Source: Eledone cirrhosa
Taxonomy: Eukaryota
NCBI GenBank assembly: GCA_964016885.1
Contig: OZ024744.1
Coordinates: forward strand, 108,996,001 to 109,060,000
DNA length: 64,000 nucleotides
Reading direction: 5' to 3'
Of the stretch, positions 39,894 through 51,336 are shown piece by piece. The first letter of the stretch is position 1. Each line of letters starts with the position of its first letter. Both the position numbers and the translations under genes were made by a program. The notes beneath the pieces were generated by a model. The model was not told the origin of the DNA. It worked only from the letters and a program-made list of their open reading frames with translations, and did no database searches.

Positions 39894-40004
39894 TGTATGT
39901 ATGCACACACACACATAAATACATTTTAATATTGTGCTAGCCAGAATCAGTTCCCGTCCCACCCTTGCAAGCAGGGAGAAAACAGACGTAAAATGACGAT
40001 GATA

Positions 40005-40726
40005 TATATATATATATATATATATATGAAAATGTTTGACCCCGACGGCAGAGCTCAAGCCGTTTCGATGACTATTTCTGGACTAAAATAGAATTTTCAG
40101 CAGGGGTTTGTGTCCCCAGGAACCCTAATAGGAGGTTAAACCCCTGTGGTTCCCCGTGGAACACAATTATTAAGGTTCCCCGGAGGCACAAACCCCTGTG
40201 AAAATGTTTTCCCTTCGATTTATATACAATTTAAACCATAGGTAAATGACAAGATATGATGCCTATTTTCAAAATTTCAGCAAATTTTAATAATATTAAG
40301 ACACATTAAATTTTTCAGTAGGGGTTTGTGCCCCTCGGAACCCTAATAGGGGCTTTAACCCCCCCCCCATTAGAGTTCCCAGGGGCACAAATCCCCGCTG
40401 AAAATGTTTTCCCTTTGATTTATATGAAATTTAAACCATAGGTAAATGACAAGATATGATGCCTATTCACAAAAGTTTTGAATTGATATTTTGAAAAAAA
40501 TTATTTACAAGAAACAAAATAATAATAAGATTTAATAACATAATTTTGATTTGATATATTACAAAAAAATAATGTTTCCAAATTTTTCATGCATTACATT
40601 TTACATTGAGTAATATTGAAATGCAGAGTTTTTCTCCATAAATTATATCACTGATTTAAAATCAATCAGCATTTTCTTACAAAAAAAAAGGTGTGAAACG
40701 CAGCAAGGCACGGGTAATTCGGCTAG
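40005..40726 (+). mobile_element. Non-autonomous Helitron-like element with internal ~240-bp duplication
   Basis: 3' end GCAGCAAGGCACGGGTAATTCGGCTAG|T (CTAG at 40723-40726). 5' end emerges from (TA)n. Internal segments 40075-40315 and 40310-40470 are related. Confidence 0.65.
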
Positions 40727-41099
40727 TATATATTTATATATATATATATATAGTATTCCAAATGATGAAAACTGTTCTAAACTTACATGGATAGTAATTT
40801 TCTGACCTTATAAGTAATTTCTATCTGCTCCAGTTTACTTAGTCATGGAATAGGTCACAAGTATTCTATAATAAATTACCAACTGATGTAAAATAGCCTC
40901 CCTTATAAATCTCTTCAAGATTTCTCTCTTTATTGTATTTTTGGACACTTCATTCTGGACTTTATGGTTGCCTCCATGTATTTGTAGTCACGTGCCTGTA
41001 TATCTGTATATATGTATGTGTATATATATATGTGCCTGTATGTCTGTATGTATATATATATATGTGTGTGTACCTGTATGTCTGTGTATATATATATAT

Positions 41100-41405
41100 A
41101 TAAAGAAAAAAAGATGAAATCGAAAATGCAACTGGAGTCTTATTTAAAAATAAATATATATATTTATTTGGTTCCTTTACCGGTTTCGCAGTTCTTCTGC
41201 TTTTCAAGAGTAGAGTTGAGATGGAGGGTCTGTGGTTTTTCTCACATCTGCGAAACCGGTAAAGGAACCAAATAAATATATATATTTTTAAAAAAAATAA
41301 GACTCTAGTTGCATTTTCGATTTCATCTTTTTTTCTTTATACTTTCACTCGTGTAGGACACCACGGTTATTTTTCATTTTGTAAAAAAATACTTCACTTT
41401 CTAAT
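41100..41405. mobile_element. Inverted-repeat unit with hammerhead-like motif (Penelope-LTR-like)
   Basis: Arms 41100-41191 and 41248-41340 are reverse complements. The minus strand reads TTGAAAA GCAG-AAGAA-CTGC GAAAC CG GTA AAGGAACC. Stem I is poor. Confidence 0.65.
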
Positions 41406-41411
41406 ATATTT

Positions 41412-41731
41412 CATTTTACATTTTACATCCGCTTTTCCCTGCTTGCAAGGGTGGGACGGGAACTGATTCTGGCTTGATTTCTACAGCTGGATGCCCTTCC
41501 TAACACCAACCTCATTTACAGTGAGTGCTGGGTGCTTTTTTGCTGTGGCACCTACACGTCCACTTTACAGTGGAATGATAGGGACTCCATCTCATTTCTA
41601 CAGCTGAGTAAACTGGAGCAATGTGAAATAAAGTGTCTTGCTCAAGGAAACAACACATCACCCGGTCTGAGAATTGAACTCACAACCTTTCGATTGCAAG
41701 CCGAATACTCTAACCACTAAGCCATGTGCCT

Positions 41732-41734
<3 letters not shown>
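41412..41734 (-). mobile_element. SINE family A copy
   Basis: Reverse complement of 2055-2375. Confidence 0.9.
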
Positions 41735-41769
<35 letters not shown>

Positions 41770-41780
41770 TTATTTATTTA

Positions 41781-42092
41781 TTTACCAAAAAGAAGAACAA
41801 GTCAACATCATTGGGTACCATCTTGGTTAAGAGAGTGGGACTGGCTTTGTGCAGTGCCTTTGTTCACTATAAAAGCTTCACGGCACAGGTATTGCTTTAT
41901 ATCTGGAGATCTCTCTGCACTTGTCATCTTGATGTGGAACTAACACAATTGAAGTAAATCTCGTGTTTGTACCAGAGTTTTCAAGTCGCTGGCTGGACTA
42001 AAAAGCCACACTTGTTCAGCGCATCGGTATGGGTTCTCCTACATGGATATAAAGTAGTGGCCGTGCTCGAAAACGAGTTGGCAGCCACCATA
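41781..42092. repeat. Dispersed ~310-bp repeat, inverted homologue at 46668-47002
   Basis: Shared ATGGTGGCTGCCAACTCGTTTTC...CCACTCTCTTAACCAAGATG. The block TTTACCAAAAAGAAGAACAAGTCAACATCATTGG occurs in direct orientation at both loci. Confidence 0.8.
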
Positions 42093-42097
42093 TATAT

Positions 42098-42208
42098 GTG
42101 GAGATGATGAAGGACCGTGACAAGTGGAGAGATGCTGTGCTGAATAAGACCCGTCCCACCCTTGCAAGTAGAGAAGAGCGGACGTAAAATGATGATGATG
42201 ATGATGAT
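42098..42208 (+). mobile_element. RTE LINE extreme 3' end
   Basis: Matches 8488-8590 (AAGACCCGTCCCACCCTTGCAAG...(GAT)n). Confidence 0.85.
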
Positions 42209-42217
42209 GCCTGTATG

Positions 42218-42249
<32 letters not shown>

Positions 42250-43160
42250 GTGTGTGCATACATATATGTGGTGTGTGTGTGTAGTCACACTGAAACTTAG
42301 CTATAATAATGTATTGGTGCTTTATAATGAGAAATTGAGAAATAGGACATTTAGGCAGTGTCTTTAAGTGTAAAGTAATTAAAGAACTTCATTCATTGAT
42401 TAAGGAGACATGGTGTAGATTGTGATAGAATATAGCATTATTGATGAAGAGATGAATGAAAGGAGAGGAAGAAGAACAAATGAAGGAATAAAAATCAATT
42501 GGAGTTTTATTAAAGAGAGTTTTATAACAAAAGTATCAAGATTGATGGACATCTAGGATGAAGAAAAGAAGACAATAAATACCTGGGGACTTCTTCTGCA
42601 AATCATATAGAACATTCTGAATTCTGATTAAGCATTTTGTGTGATTGTATGGATTTAAGCTATTAAATATAATGATAGGGCAGGAGATGAGATAATATTA
42701 TAAATGCTACTGGTGCTTGACAAGAAACAAAGAAAAACACTTTAGGATAGAGAGTATTCTTCAGTCTGGCTGACGAAATCACAAAATGCACACAGTGCAT
42801 CCTGTAAAATGGTTAGCAATCACACAGTAACAATGTAAAACAGAAAACATTCTTCAGCCTTGCCAAGGGCAAAGGAAAATCACTCTGCAAAGTAATTGAC
42901 AAATGAATGAAAACAACATAGGGAAAAGAAGGAGCCCCTTTAGTTGTGTCAATGATAGGATGTGATATGTTTAGTGCTGGTGCCACAATAAAATGTACCC
43001 AGTACATTCTGTGTCATGGTTGGTGTTAGAAAAGGTATCCAACCAAAGAAGACTATGTAAAAATGGAACATATAAAGATGTATCCCTCTGGTGGCAGTAA
43101 CCCTGAATAAGAATTGACATTGTCAGTGTCTGCTTGTCTGACCCAGCCTGCAAGGAAAAG

Positions 43161-43230
<70 letters not shown>

Positions 43231-43907
43231 AATTTCAACATGACTGAAGCCTGTTGTCATAAATTTAAAATTTAAAATAAGTTTAACATTAGTATTTAAT
43301 ATTGGTTTCTAATTCAGGAACGAGGCCATCATTTTGTGGGGAGGCTGGAAGAGGGCAGTCGATTATATTGACCCTAGAACATGACTGGTATTTTATTTTA
43401 TCAATCCAGGAAAGATGAAAGGCAAAGTTAACCTCAGCAGGATTTGAACTCGGAATATAAAAATCCGGGATAAATACCACAAAGCATTATATCTGATGTT
43501 CTAGCAAATCTGCCACTCTTCATTAGTATTTAATAGTATTTATTATCAGTAATGCCAGAGTGTTGGAAATTACAACAAAGAAACTTTGTATTTGGCCATA
43601 TGTATAAAATATTCATGTTTATATAGAAGAGAAAATCTTGTTATGAATAAATTAATTGTTAAGGTTGTACAATGTAAAGGGGTAGTAGTTATACACATAA
43701 CAAACACCAATTTGAGAAGAGAGAACAAACAAAACAATATTTTGCTAACTCCTTGCACTCTGAGTTCAAATTACTCTAGCCCACTTGGACGGTCATAGTC
43801 TATTAGTTTAACTCTTAACATACTATACTGCATGAGACTACATTAGCAAGATATTCTTGTAAAGTACAAAACAGCTCTATGACTGAATCGCATTAGATAT
43901 TAAAGTC

Positions 43908-44092
43908 GGTGGATTGGCAGTATCGGTAGAGGGTCAGATGCCATGCTTTGATGCATAGAGTTATGGCCCTTGCCATTCTGAGTTCAAATCCTGCCAAGGT
44001 TAACTTTGCCTTTCATCCTTACGGGGGTCGATAAAATAAAGTACCAGTAATGCACTGGGATAATTGCTGGCTTTGTGCCAAAAGTAGAAACA
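43908..44092 (+). mobile_element. SINE family B with 16-bp TSD
   Basis: ATTA(G/A)ATATTAAAGTC at 43892-43907 and 44093-44108. An older antisense copy lies at ~43300-43520. Confidence 0.9.
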
Positions 44093-45274
44093 ATTAAATA
44101 TTAAAGTCTTTACTTTAGGTTTCTGCAAGTTTTTACAATAATCTGTCCACTGATAAATACACTATAAACATTTGAATTGAATTAACAACCCCATTTCTAG
44201 ATGTTATCGGCTAAATTATTACAGGAGGCTAAGGGCCAACACCACCACCTGGCCATTAGATGCATTTGGCAGAGTCCACTCTGGAGCAATAATTCAGGTC
44301 AGATCTCCATTTGTCCTCAGAAGCTCTGAAAATAGGGTGGACTGCTTCTGTCCCTCCCTGACTAAACAGTAAAAAAAAGACTGGTGAGTTCATATGCTTG
44401 GTGTTCAGGTTGCTATAGTTACAAGTAAACATATGCATGTGTGGAGGGCAAGAAGGTTGGTTGTTCTGTAGGGGAGGAAGCATTGAACATGGTGGTTAAT
44501 GTGTATCAGTGGTGTTGCATTGATATTTGTGAGATGGGGGTGTATTAATGTGATGGGGGTTTTTGATTTGATAAATGTGGGATCTTAACATATGTTGGTG
44601 AAATGTTGTGTGTCTTAGTTGGTCCCTGGTTACAGTTGTCTCTATGTAACTAGACAGTTTCTGGGGTCGTTAATTTAAAAAAAAAAATCTCCCCCTCCAT
44701 CTCCACCCACCCTAGGACTAATTCTATTCCATATGATAACTTAGAAATTTCAGTTCATATATTCCTTGGTTCTTCAAAACCTTATCAAACCAATTGGAAT
44801 ACCAAACATAATTTGAAATGAGTGTGTCCCCCCAAAATGGCTATAATAATAGTTGAGAAACTCTGGTAAAGTGTCCCCACGTGCTTGTAATGAATCAAAC
44901 CTCTGCATCTTAGTCATTTTTAAATATTATTTTGTTTTATTTGTTTTTCCTCCATATTCTAAAAGCGCTTTAGTTTTGGATCAATATTATTAATAATTTC
45001 TCATTTAAAGAACAGTTATTTTCTTCCATGGAAATCCCAGCATCCAAGATAACAGAAAAACATGCATTGATTAATTTCTTGGGAGGAAACAAAAAAGAAA
45101 ATCAATGAATTGGTTTCTTAGAAATGACTGGGATTGCCTTTCAATTTGGGGTGGGGGTAAAAATATGAAATGTACATTAATTTAATGTCGATGGAATAAA
45201 CATTGTTACTTTGTTGTTTACACACACTTGCAAACACACTCATACATATACATATATACATACACACATCTAGA

Positions 45275-46505
45275 CAGAGATTGCTTCATCTTTGCAGATG
45301 ATTGCTGTCTCACTATGTACCCCCATCAACTGTTACCGCTACAAACTTCCGTTCATGGTCTTAGTTGGCTTTTTAAGTCCAGCTCTAGATTTGCATGGTC
45401 TGCAGCAAATATGACATATAAAAGATGTGCCCTCTATTGGATTGATTGGGTCAGTTTGTGGGATGTCATACTTATGTACCCTCATATGCCTTTTAAGACC
45501 AGAGATTGATTTGCAGATTTTTTTACACACCACACATGTTGTCTTACCTAGTATAGAGCTGCATACAGTTGGCTTTTTATGTGATTTTAAATGAGTGATG
45601 TACCCAGATTTAGAGAGCACACCTTACAAATCCAGCTCCCTATGTTCTTATTGAAGTTCATACTGTGGCCGAAGCTGACGTTTAAGTTTTTCATGGTCAA
45701 GATGTTTCTCTTCAAACATTCTGTAGCCTTCCTTCACATGTCCTCTCCATTTAACCCTCTTTAAAGAAAGCACTTCCCAGTTCTGAACTTCAAACTAGAT
45801 CCTTAAGGTTGTTTTTTATGCAATCCTTATATCTTTTTCTTAGTTTGTGCTGATGGCGTTTCCCAGTGTGCAATTGACTGTAAAATAGTTTTGGGAGTCT
45901 TACCTCATTCATGTGCACAACATGGCCTACTCAGCACATTTGAGAGGATATGATGGTAGATTCAATGCTTGTACAACCAGCATCTATAAGGATTTGTGTG
46001 TCAGGTATTTTTTGTTGACATTTGATGTTTAGGATTCGTCTTAAGCACTTTTGATTTAAGTGTTCAAGCAAATTAAGGTGTCTACAATGTACTGTCCACA
46101 TTTAGGAAGAGAACAACAGAGCACTCAGAATGCAGGCCTTGTACACACTAATCTTGGTCTTGATATTGATGCCATGATCGGTCCACACTCTCTTTACAAA
46201 TTTCCCGAAGGCTACAGAGGCCTTCTGAATGTGCAGGTGTATTTCTGCATCCAGTGAACCATCCCTCGACAAAGGGCTTCATAGAATGTCATAATACTTT
46301 CTTCACTGGCTTGGACAGTTGGAGCATAAACTGACAAAACTGTTGCACATCGCCCACATCCAAGTGGAATGCACAATTTCATTAGACGGTCACTGAACTG
46401 ATTCTAGAGGGACACTCTAAATGTTGTGCTAGAGTTTCTCACACTGCAAAACTTATACCACCATCTCACAGTTCTTTTGGTTTCCCTGTCCAGAAAAGTG
46501 TGAAA
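45275..46505 (-). mobile_element. Internally deleted RTE-type LINE with C-terminal C2H2 zinc fingers
   Basis: CVVCKKICKSISGLKRHMRVH and CHICCRPCKSRAGLK at the C-terminus. An APE-like SVYAPT...FYEAL segment lies at 46280-46350 and RTE thumb-region remnants at 45780-46150. Confidence 0.78.
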
Positions 46506-46528
46506 CCTGTACATACATACATACATAC

Positions 46529-46559
<31 letters not shown>

Positions 46560-46618
46560 TATACATACATACATACATACATATACACACATACATACAT
46601 ACACATATACATACATAC

Positions 46619-46653
<35 letters not shown>

Positions 46654-47002
46654 TACATACATATATATACATGGTGGCTGCCAACTCGTTTTCAAGTACG
46701 GCCACTACTTTATATCCATGTAGGAGAATCCCTACCGATGCGCTGAAAGAGTGTGACTTTTTAGTCCAGCCAGCGACTTGAAAACTCTGGTACAAACACT
46801 ATACTTGTGACAATTATTGACACATAGTGCTGGGCCCATGGTACCATGTGACGACAAATGCAGAGAGATCTCCAGATATAAAGCAATGCCTGTGCCGTGA
46901 AGCTTTTATAGTGAGCAAAGGCTCTGCACAAAGCCAGTCCCACTCTCTTAACCAAGATGATATTTACCAAAAAGAAGAACAAGTCAACATCATTGGATAC
47001 CA

Positions 47003-47280
47003 TCAGGGTTGCAGGTGTTATATCAGAGTTTTCCTTCTCCTAGAATTCTGCCTTGACAAAGGCTAAGGGGTCATCTCACCCAGTGATTTTGGATGGCCAT
47101 TGACTCTTAAGAGCTCCTTTGCCCTTTGACAGGTTTTGTTTTTAGTCCTGCAGGATGTCCAACGTCACCCTCCTCACCAAGAAACCTTGGTGGGGTTGCC
47201 AGTTTAGTCGCCAACGACCCGACCATGAGACAGGTTGTACTGGGATACATGTTACCAGTAGCACCAACTGGTGACCTGAC
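47003..47280 (-). mobile_element. RTE-type 5' UTR fragment beginning with a structured RNA candidate
   Basis: Contains CTAGGAGAAGGAAAACTCTGA, a motif I recognise from RTE 5' UTRs. Starts sharply at a (TATG)n tract. Confidence 0.6.
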
Positions 47281-47393
47281 CATACATACATACATACATA
47301 CATACATACATACATACATACATACATACATACATACATACATACACATATACATACACATACACATATACATATATACATACATACATACAT

Positions 47394-47428
<35 letters not shown>

Positions 47429-47629
47429 TGCATGAATGCATGCATTCATGATGGCTGTAAACTGCTAAGAGTATTGCAATCGCTTGTCAGATTATAGAGT
47501 TTGGTGCACTTTTAGGCTATGGCCAGCCACACAAACCTGTAACACATCCTGAACAAGCAATGCATACATACATACATACATACATACATACATACATACA
47601 TACTTTCAAACAAACATATATTCAAATAT

Positions 47630-49015
47630 AAACACCCACAAAATTGTTAACCATCTTGCCAACAACAACCCTGAGCACCTTTTTGATTTCCATGTGTCTA
47701 ACACACGTGGACATGCCCACAAAGTCACAACATAGCACAGTTCCCATGACTTTCGGAAACATTTTTTCACACTCAGAGTTGCTGAAGCATGGAACAAACT
47801 ACCTGCATCAGTTGTTAACTGTTGAGACACTGCAACCTTTAAAACCTCCATGGAACAAACTACCTGCATCAATTGTTAGCTGTTGAGACACTGCAACCTT
47901 TAAAACCTCCATGGAACAAACTACCTGCATCAGTTGTTAGCTGTTGAGACACTGCAACCTTTAAAACCTCCATGGAACAAACTACCTGCATCAATTGTTA
48001 ACTGTTGAGACACTGCAACCTTTAAAACCTCCATGGAACAAACTACCTGCATCAATTGTTAGCTGTTGAGACACTGCAACCTTTAAAACCTCCATGGAAC
48101 AAACTACCTGCATCAATTGTTAGCTGTTGAGACACTGCAACCTTTAAAACCTCCATGGAACAAACTACCTGCATCAGTTGTTAACTGTTGAGACACTGCA
48201 TCCTTTAAAACCTCCATGGAACAAACTCCCTGCATCAGTTGTTAGCTGTTGAGACACTGCAACCTTTAAAACCTCCATGGAACAAACTACCTGCATCAAT
48301 TGTTAGCTGTTGAGACACTGCAACCTTTAAACCTCCATGGAACAAACTCCCTGCATCAATTGTTAGCTGTTGAGACACTGCAAGCTTTAAAACCTCCATG
48401 GAACAAACTACCTGCATCAATTGTTAGCTGTTGAGACACTGCAACCTTTAAAACCTCCATGGAACAAACTCCCTGCATCAATTGTTAGCTGTTGAGACAC
48501 TGCATCCTTTAAAACCTCCATGGAACAAACTACCTGCATCAGTTGTTAACTGTTGAGACACTGCAACCTTTAAAACCTCCATGGAATAAACTACCTGCAT
48601 CAGTTGTTAGCTGTTGAGACACTGCATCCTTTAAAACCTCCATGGAACAAACTACCTGCATCAGTTGTTAGCTGTTGAGACACTGCATCCTTTAAAACCC
48701 CCATGGAACAAACTACCTGCATCAGTTGTTAGCTGTTGAGACACTGCATCCTTTAAAACCTCCATGGAACAAACTCCCTGCATCAGTTGTTAGCCATCGA
48801 GACACTGCATCCTTTAAAACCTCCATGCTTCCCGAGATTTGCCAACACTACAACTAATGTTCCCCCTCCATACACATACACACATGTATATCATGACTCA
48901 TACACTATTCACTTCCCTGACATTTGTATATTATTCTATGTACTATACATGCACCTTTGACGAGTTGTAGTGTACCTGAGCACTTTACACAATAATTTCA
49001 TTATTATTATTATTA
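47630..49015 (+). mobile_element. CR1-type LINE 3' end containing a 61-bp tandem array
   Basis: TRGHAHK...FRKHFFTLRVAEAWNKLPASVV...FKTSMLPEI, then a 3' UTR with an (ATT)n tail. Confidence 0.85.
47788..48827. repeat. 61-bp tandem array, 17 copies, amplified from CR1 ORF2
   Basis: Unit CATGGAACAAACTACCTGCATCAGTTGTTAGCTGTTGAGACACTGCAACCTTTAAAACCTC bounded by CATG microhomology. Confidence 0.95.
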
Positions 49016-49439
49016 TACAAACATACATACATACATTCAAACATACATACATACAAACACACATACATACATTCAAACATACATACATTCAAACATACAT
49101 ACACATACTCACACATGACATGTACATATTCAGCATCACTGAGACATAATTAATTATAATATTAAAATGTTTAAAAACAAGCCTGCTACACACGCTTAAC
49201 AGATATCTGCATGAAAGATTCTAGATTTAGATACAGGCTAAATTATATAAATAGCAAAATTTATTTTTTATAAATATTGAGTTAAAATTTTTATTATAAG
49301 AATGTTTCTCAAAATATCCGATATTTTCATAAATTCAATTTTTTTAAAATATTCTAAAATAATGAAAAGGAATTCCTTTCAAAACTAGTTAATTGTGTAA
49401 TTAAATCATCATTATCATTATCATCATCTTATTAACAAC

Positions 49440-49795
49440 ACAGGAGGATGTAATATCAGCACTTACGACTGGCAAGCAGCTCAGCGACTGTATCTGTATC
49501 AGTGAGCTGCTCAACATTACCACAGTTAAAAGCACCCAGTCCACACTGTAAAGTGGTCGTGTAGGAGACATAATAAAAAGGCTCCCAGCCCACGCTATAA
49601 ATGTGGTTGGTGTTAGGAAGGGCATACAGCCATAGAAAACCTGCCAGAAAGAGTTCTGCATAAGCGAGAAACGGTCACCTGACCAATCTTTCCTCAAGTG
49701 GGACAAACCCGTCCAACCCATGCTAGTGTGGAAGATGGGCGTTAAAGAATGGTGATGATGGAAAAGCGGACATAAAAATGATGATGATGATGATG
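49440..49795 (+). mobile_element. SINE-A-related 3' segment with RTE-type tail
   Basis: Internal repeat units, GGTGTTAGGAAGGGCAT, CCGTCCAACCCATGCTAG...(GAT)n. Confidence 0.75.
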
Positions 49796-49829
49796 ATATA
49801 TATATTGTATATATTGTAGCTCCATTTAT

Positions 49830-50135
49830 GGGTTAAATAACTACCTTATTCGAGTGGCGCCGGTAAGGTATTGTCAGCCATTGAAAAGAAATATGGAGAG
49901 TCGATCTAACAGCACTAGGGTTAGAGCCCCTAATTACACTGCACTCAGTGCTCCTTTGGGAGCCCCTACATGGACACACTAGAAAAGGAAGACCAAGGTT
50001 AACATATGTTGATGCCCTAAGGACAGACACTGGTCTGTTGGAGATGCAGGACATGGCAGCGATAATGAGGTACAGAGACTGCTGGAGAGAACTCGTCCAT
50101 GGATCTCGGGAATTTTACCCGCCTTAGATAGATAA
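49830..50135 (+). mobile_element. RTE LINE 3' end, (GATA) tail family
   Basis: VLLWEPLHGHTRKGRPRLTYVDALRTDTGL. Matches the insert at 22587-22757. Confidence 0.8.
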
Positions 50136-50687
50136 GATATATTGTATAAGTTGGGAACAGCTTTTCTTTCAAACCTGTTACATTGAAAATAACACTTTAA
50201 GATACACACACACATATGGATTTAGAAACACTGCTACCCCAGAGAGAACTCATAAGGAAATACAAAACATCCTTGATAAAAATAAGTGTTTCTACATTAC
50301 TGGTACTTTATTTTTATCGACCCCGTAAGGATGAAAGGCAGAGTCAACTTCGGCGGGATTTGAACTCAGAACGTAAAGGGCCATAACTCTATGCTGTAAA
50401 GCAAGGTTACCTTGATAAAAATAATGAAACTAGAACACACTCATATTTTCAATACAACATATGAGTGTATGTGGGTATAAGTGTATGTGTGTATTTCTTC
50501 TTTTAAGTCTGTGTTTCTTCATTGGTTGTTAATGATCCAACTTTGGATTGATTCTGACTTTTTCTATTTCTAGTTCTTTGTCACTGATCCAAAACTGGAT
50601 CTTTTGTTCTGAATATTCTTATCGATCTTCAATGATCCGAGTTATATATATGTACGCATGTATGTATGTATATATATATATCGAGAG

Positions 50688-50988
50688 AGAATTAAAGTGT
50701 TCGCTCTAACATAGCTGTATATATATAAGTATGAGTACTTTCTGTATCTAGTGATATATGGTATGTTTATAAATAAACATAGCCTTCAGCTATGAATTTG
50801 GAAACTGATGACATGGCGCCATCTAGCAGATTCCAGGAGATGACAAACATCGTTTCTGACGCTACATCATCAGTTTCAAAATTCATATTTTGAAAATGTC
50901 TATTCATAAACATACCATATATCACCAAATATTCAAAATACTCATACTTATATGTATACAGCTATGTTAGAGCGAACACCTTAATTCT
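50688..50988. mobile_element. MITE with long imperfect TIRs; partial second copy at 51169-51290
   Basis: AGAATTAAAGTGTTCGCTCTAACATAGCTGTATA / TATACAGCTATGTTAGAGCGAACACCTTAATTCT, with complementarity continuing for ~125 bp. Confidence 0.85.
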
Positions 50989-51295
50989 ATTTTCCGGCTG
51001 AGCCAGCCAACAGCTCTAATGCAAATGAGGTTAATCAGCCCATGTACATTGTTGTCAAAACTATGTTTTCACCTATATTGAATCCCAGCAGTAAGGGAGC
51101 ATTGACTTGATAATGACCAGAGGCAGAAATGCTGTTGTCGTTGACAGTTACCCACCTTTTGTTTCCTCTGGAATCTGCTAGATGGCGCTATGTCATCAGT
51201 TTCCAAATTCTGAACGCTTTCAAAACGTTTATTCATAAACGTACCATATATCGCTAGATATATAAAATACTCATACTTATAAATATACATACATA

Positions 51296-51334
<39 letters not shown>

Positions 51335-51336
<2 letters not shown>

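Noticed and set aside
42300-42760. Possible very old R4-like RT relic on the + strand (KTINTWG, LDKKQRK)
   Set aside because: Too degraded to support coordinates or identity.
47225-47260. Twister ribozyme reading of TAA CATG...TCCCAG...CATG GTCGGG
   Set aside because: Lacks the conserved loop nucleotides and second pseudoknot. The HDV-like pairing explains more of the sequence.
50848-50882. Hammerhead-like CTGATGA...GAAAC GAT GTT on the minus strand inside the MITE
   Set aside because: Stem II is only 2 bp, stem I is mismatched, and CTGATGA is part of the TIR arm. Likely chance.
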